Assembly: GCA_016866575.1 (NCBI GenBank)
Contig: VGMA01000003.1
Coordinates: 1-37,430 of the forward strand
Length of the DNA: 37,430 nucleotides
Reading direction: 5' to 3'
DNA from: Chlamydiota bacterium
GTDB lineage: Bacteria > Chlamydiota > Chlamydiia > Chlamydiales > VGMA01
A model generated the notes under the pieces. It saw only the letters and a program-made list of their open reading frames with translations. It was not told the origin of the DNA and did no database searches. This document shows positions 34,871 through 37,430 of this stretch, piece by piece. Positions within the stretch are counted from its first letter, which is position 1. Each line of letters begins with the position of its first letter. A program made the position numbers and the translations under genes.

Positions 34871-36477
34871 AGGGTTTTTTCGATCGCTACCCCTATTTTT
34901 CTTTTTTGATGAGCATCTACTCTTTAAAAGATGTACATTTTGAAGAAGATGTTCTCTATTTAGCAAATGAAATCAAAGATTTGCATGTATCGGTTTTGTT
35001 TGTGTATGGAATAGGATTAGGCAAGTGCCATGATATTCTTAAAAACTGGCTAGATCAAGATCCTCTTAGGCAAGTAGTTTTTTTAGAGCATGATTTTTCT
35101 GTGATATCCAAAGGGGCTCTTGAAGGGGTATTGGATCAAATTTTTGCAAGCGAACGATTCCATCTTTGTTTTTCTGAAAGTAAAAACGATCTTGCTGAGC
35201 TAGCAGCTATTCAATTTGCATCGCATTCAATCGAAGTAGTTTGCCAAAAAAAATATAAAGAGATTGATGGAGCTTTTTTCAAAAGGCTTAAAAGCAATCT
35301 AATGAGACTAAGTGTTCTATCTTTTGCTAAAGTGCAAGAGAAGATGCACTATCACCATCTTTTTAAAAATATGGTCTCTAATTTTGCTTCTTTAGAAAAG
35401 GCTTTTAATGTCCACAAGATGGAAGGATCCTTTAAAAATTGCGCTGCATTTATTGTAGGAGCTGGGCCTTCTTTAGCTCAAGCGATACCAAAATTGAAAT
35501 CATTTGAAGAAAAAGCACTGATACTTGCTGGTGGCTCATCTATTATTGCGCTGGCTAAATCGGGAATAGAAGCTGATTTAGGATTTGCTATCGATCCTAA
35601 TCGCGAAGAGTATACAAGATTGAAACAAGCGCATTTTCTTTCTATGCCGCTGATTTTCGGCTCTCGATTGCAAAAAGATGCAAGAGAGATTTTTGCGGGG
35701 GCTAAAGGATATGTTAAAACAGCAACAGGTGGCCCTTTTGAAGCTTGGATGGAAGAGGTTCTCAATATCGAAGGAAACTCTTTATTAGGCATAGAAGACT
35801 ACGAAGCATTATCTGTGACAATCATAGCTGTAAAAACAGCGCTTTTACTGGGCGCAAATCCAATCATTTTTGTGGGAATGGATCTAGCGTATCAAAATAA
35901 AGAGCGGTATTTACCTGGAATACTGCCTAAGACAACGCTTGCCTTGGAAAAAGATATTGTGGATCAAAGAACTTCTGAAGCGAGCATAAGAAAAAAGGGT
36001 AGGAAAGGGAAGTTTGTAGAGACAGCGTATAAATGGGTAATGGAATCTAGATGTCTATCGAATATTGCTAAAATGCACCCACAGACAAGATTTATTGATG
36101 CAACTGAAGAGGGGCTTTTGATCAAAGGTATTGAGATGGTGAGCTTAGATCAAATAGAGCTTTCTTCTTCTTATCCGCTCAAAGCAAAAATTCATAAAGA
36201 AATAGAAGAAGCTAAATTATCTTTAACAAAAAAACAGATCTATGAGCCTTTAGAGCGCCTTAAGCAAAGTTTTGAGAATGTAAAAAATTGTATAGAGGAA
36301 ATACTTCTTGATCCATTAATGCCGAAATCGATTGTGTTGGAGCTCGATATTAAAAGTGAGATCGCTTATGAGTTGATTCTTTGCCATTTTGATCATCACA
36401 GTCCGATCATTTCTGAAGAAGGAAAGCACATCGTCAATACCTACTTGGAGACGCTATGTTTACAGCTAATGGATTGA
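34840..36477 (+). CDS. Maf-type (DUF115/MptE-like) putative glycosyltransferase, paralog 2
   Basis: N-terminal FVYGIGLG...VVFLE, then FIVGAGPSL, GI..D....IDP, SV, LGANPIIFVGMDLAY and IDATEEG. Confidence 0.85.
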   Translation: MDQQATSLGVKGFFDRYPYFSFLMSIYSLKDVHFEEDVLYLANEIKDLHVSVLFVYGIGLGKCHDILKNWLDQDPLRQVVFLEHDFSVISKGALEGVLDQIFASERFHLCFSESKNDLAELAAIQFASHSIEVVCQKKYKEIDGAFFKRLKSNLMRLSVLSFAKVQEKMHYHHLFKNMVSNFASLEKAFNVHKMEGSFKNCAAFIVGAGPSLAQAIPKLKSFEEKALILAGGSSIIALAKSGIEADLGFAIDPNREEYTRLKQAHFLSMPLIFGSRLQKDAREIFAGAKGYVKTATGGPFEAWMEEVLNIEGNSLLGIEDYEALSVTIIAVKTALLLGANPIIFVGMDLAYQNKERYLPGILPKTTLALEKDIVDQRTSEASIRKKGRKGKFVETAYKWVMESRCLSNIAKMHPQTRFIDATEEGLLIKGIEMVSLDQIELSSSYPLKAKIHKEIEEAKLSLTKKQIYEPLERLKQSFENVKNCIEEILLDPLMPKSIVLELDIKSEIAYELILCHFDHHSPIISEEGKHIVNTYLETLCLQLMD

Positions 36478-37220
36478 TTGTTTATCAATTACCAATTTTA
36501 GAAGACAATTTTAGCTATCTAATCAAGCAAGATAGAAGCAACGAAGCATTAGCTATTGATCCAGGTGACGCGGATAAGGTCATGAAATTAGTCGAAGAGA
36601 AGGGAATGGATCTTAAAGCAATTTTGATCACCCACGTTCATGCCAAGCACGTCCAAGGGGTGCACGAAATCAAGGCAAAAACGGGCTGTTTAGTCATTGG
36701 ACCGCCAAATGCAGGTTTTGAAGAAATTGATCAAGACGTGGCTGATGATGAAGAGTGCTCTATAGGTCTATTTTCTTTTCAGACACTTTCAACTCCTGGA
36801 CACACCAAGGATTCTCAGATTTATCTTTTTGAAGATTTTCCCCTCATATTTTCAGGAGATACTCTACTTTTAGCAGGAGCGGGAAGGATTTTTGAAGGCA
36901 GCACTCAGCAGATGTATAACTCTTTAAAGAAAATTCGCTCATTAAATCAAAAAACGCATATTTTTTGCGGGCATAATAGCTATGAAAAAAACCTTCTATT
37001 TGCCCTTGGATTAGAGCCGGAAAACGAAGAAATTTATAAACGGCTAGAAACTCACCGGATTAGATCTATCACAACAACTACACTTCAAGATGACCTTTTA
37101 GTCAATCCCTTTTTGCGCTTAGACGATCCCAAGCTGCACCACGCTTTAGGATTCAAGCATAAGCCATCAGATTTACAAGTTCTTGAGGAGTTGAGAATCA
37201 GACGCAATCAATTGTCATAA
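36456..37220 (+). CDS. gloB: Hydroxyacylglutathione hydrolase (glyoxalase II)-like metallo-beta-lactamase-fold protein with an altered metal motif
   Basis: DNFSYLI, IDPG, TPGHT, FSGDTL, CGH, NL.FA..LEP.N and NPFLR. The metal motif reads THVHAKH instead of THxHxDH. Confidence 0.8.
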   Translation: MFTANGLIVYQLPILEDNFSYLIKQDRSNEALAIDPGDADKVMKLVEEKGMDLKAILITHVHAKHVQGVHEIKAKTGCLVIGPPNAGFEEIDQDVADDEECSIGLFSFQTLSTPGHTKDSQIYLFEDFPLIFSGDTLLLAGAGRIFEGSTQQMYNSLKKIRSLNQKTHIFCGHNSYEKNLLFALGLEPENEEIYKRLETHRIRSITTTTLQDDLLVNPFLRLDDPKLHHALGFKHKPSDLQVLEELRIRRNQLS

Positions 37221-37285
37221 AACTATAGATTTATTTTTTCATTTTTCGTTAATCTTTCGAATTGAAAGTATTTTAGGCAATATAG

Positions 37286-37430
37286 ATGAGAAAATTTTTA
37301 CCACTTTTTTTTATTTTTTTTAGCACTTTGTATGCCGAATATCTAGACGTAGATAAGCTTTTTCTTCAAAGATCGCAAAGATATTCTCTAAAAGATGCGG
37401 ATAAAATCATTGTTTTTTCAGCAAAAAGAA
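37286..37430 (+). CDS. Partial ORF with signal peptide (runs off the window)
   Basis: MRKFLPLFFIFFSTLYA-EYLDVDKL... stays open to the window end. Basic-hydrophobic-LYA signal pattern. Confidence 0.55.
   Translation, partial: MRKFLPLFFIFFSTLYAEYLDVDKLFLQRSQRYSLKDADKIIVFSAKR

Noticed and set aside
563-35792. Numerous 60-170 aa ORFs nested in or antisense to assigned genes (e.g. 11811-12311, 28732-29199, 17287-17604)
   Set aside because: They overlap well-supported genes and lack motifs, consistent with shadow ORFs.
1-37430. CRISPR array, IS element or rRNA
   Set aside because: No regularly spaced repeats, transposase motifs or rRNA-like sequence were observed.

Overview
AT-rich, gene-dense bacterial chromosome segment, most likely from an environmental member of the phylum Chlamydiota. 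This placement rests on gene order (mreB-pckG, kdsA-lptC-lptA-lptB, rluD-khpA, nfo-rpsD / trhO), a short Chlamydia-type HemA, and tRNAs without encoded CCA. The housekeeping backbone comprises pckG, dtd, ndk, lptB, kdsA, dapB, khpA, rluD, hemA, asnS, nfo, rpsD, trhO, recO, rlmN, hpf and two tRNA-Arg genes. Several orphan, effector-like genes and accessory enzymes are interspersed in it. The most notable items are: (1) a six-gene overlapping operon hpf - stand-alone HsdR-N-like nuclease - Maf-type glycosyltransferase - MORN-repeat protein - second Maf - GloB with a broken metal motif; (2) a 944-codon frame encoding a GT28/MGDG-synthase-like glycosyltransferase with two duplicated C-terminal domains, split by a single in-frame TAG; (3) an 872-aa family II pyrophosphatase-like protein whose CBS pair carries an unrecognised insert; (4) a 731-aa Inc-like protein with two levels of internal duplication. 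No CRISPR array, transposase, integrase or rRNA was seen. All family assignments come from reading motifs by eye; no searches were run.
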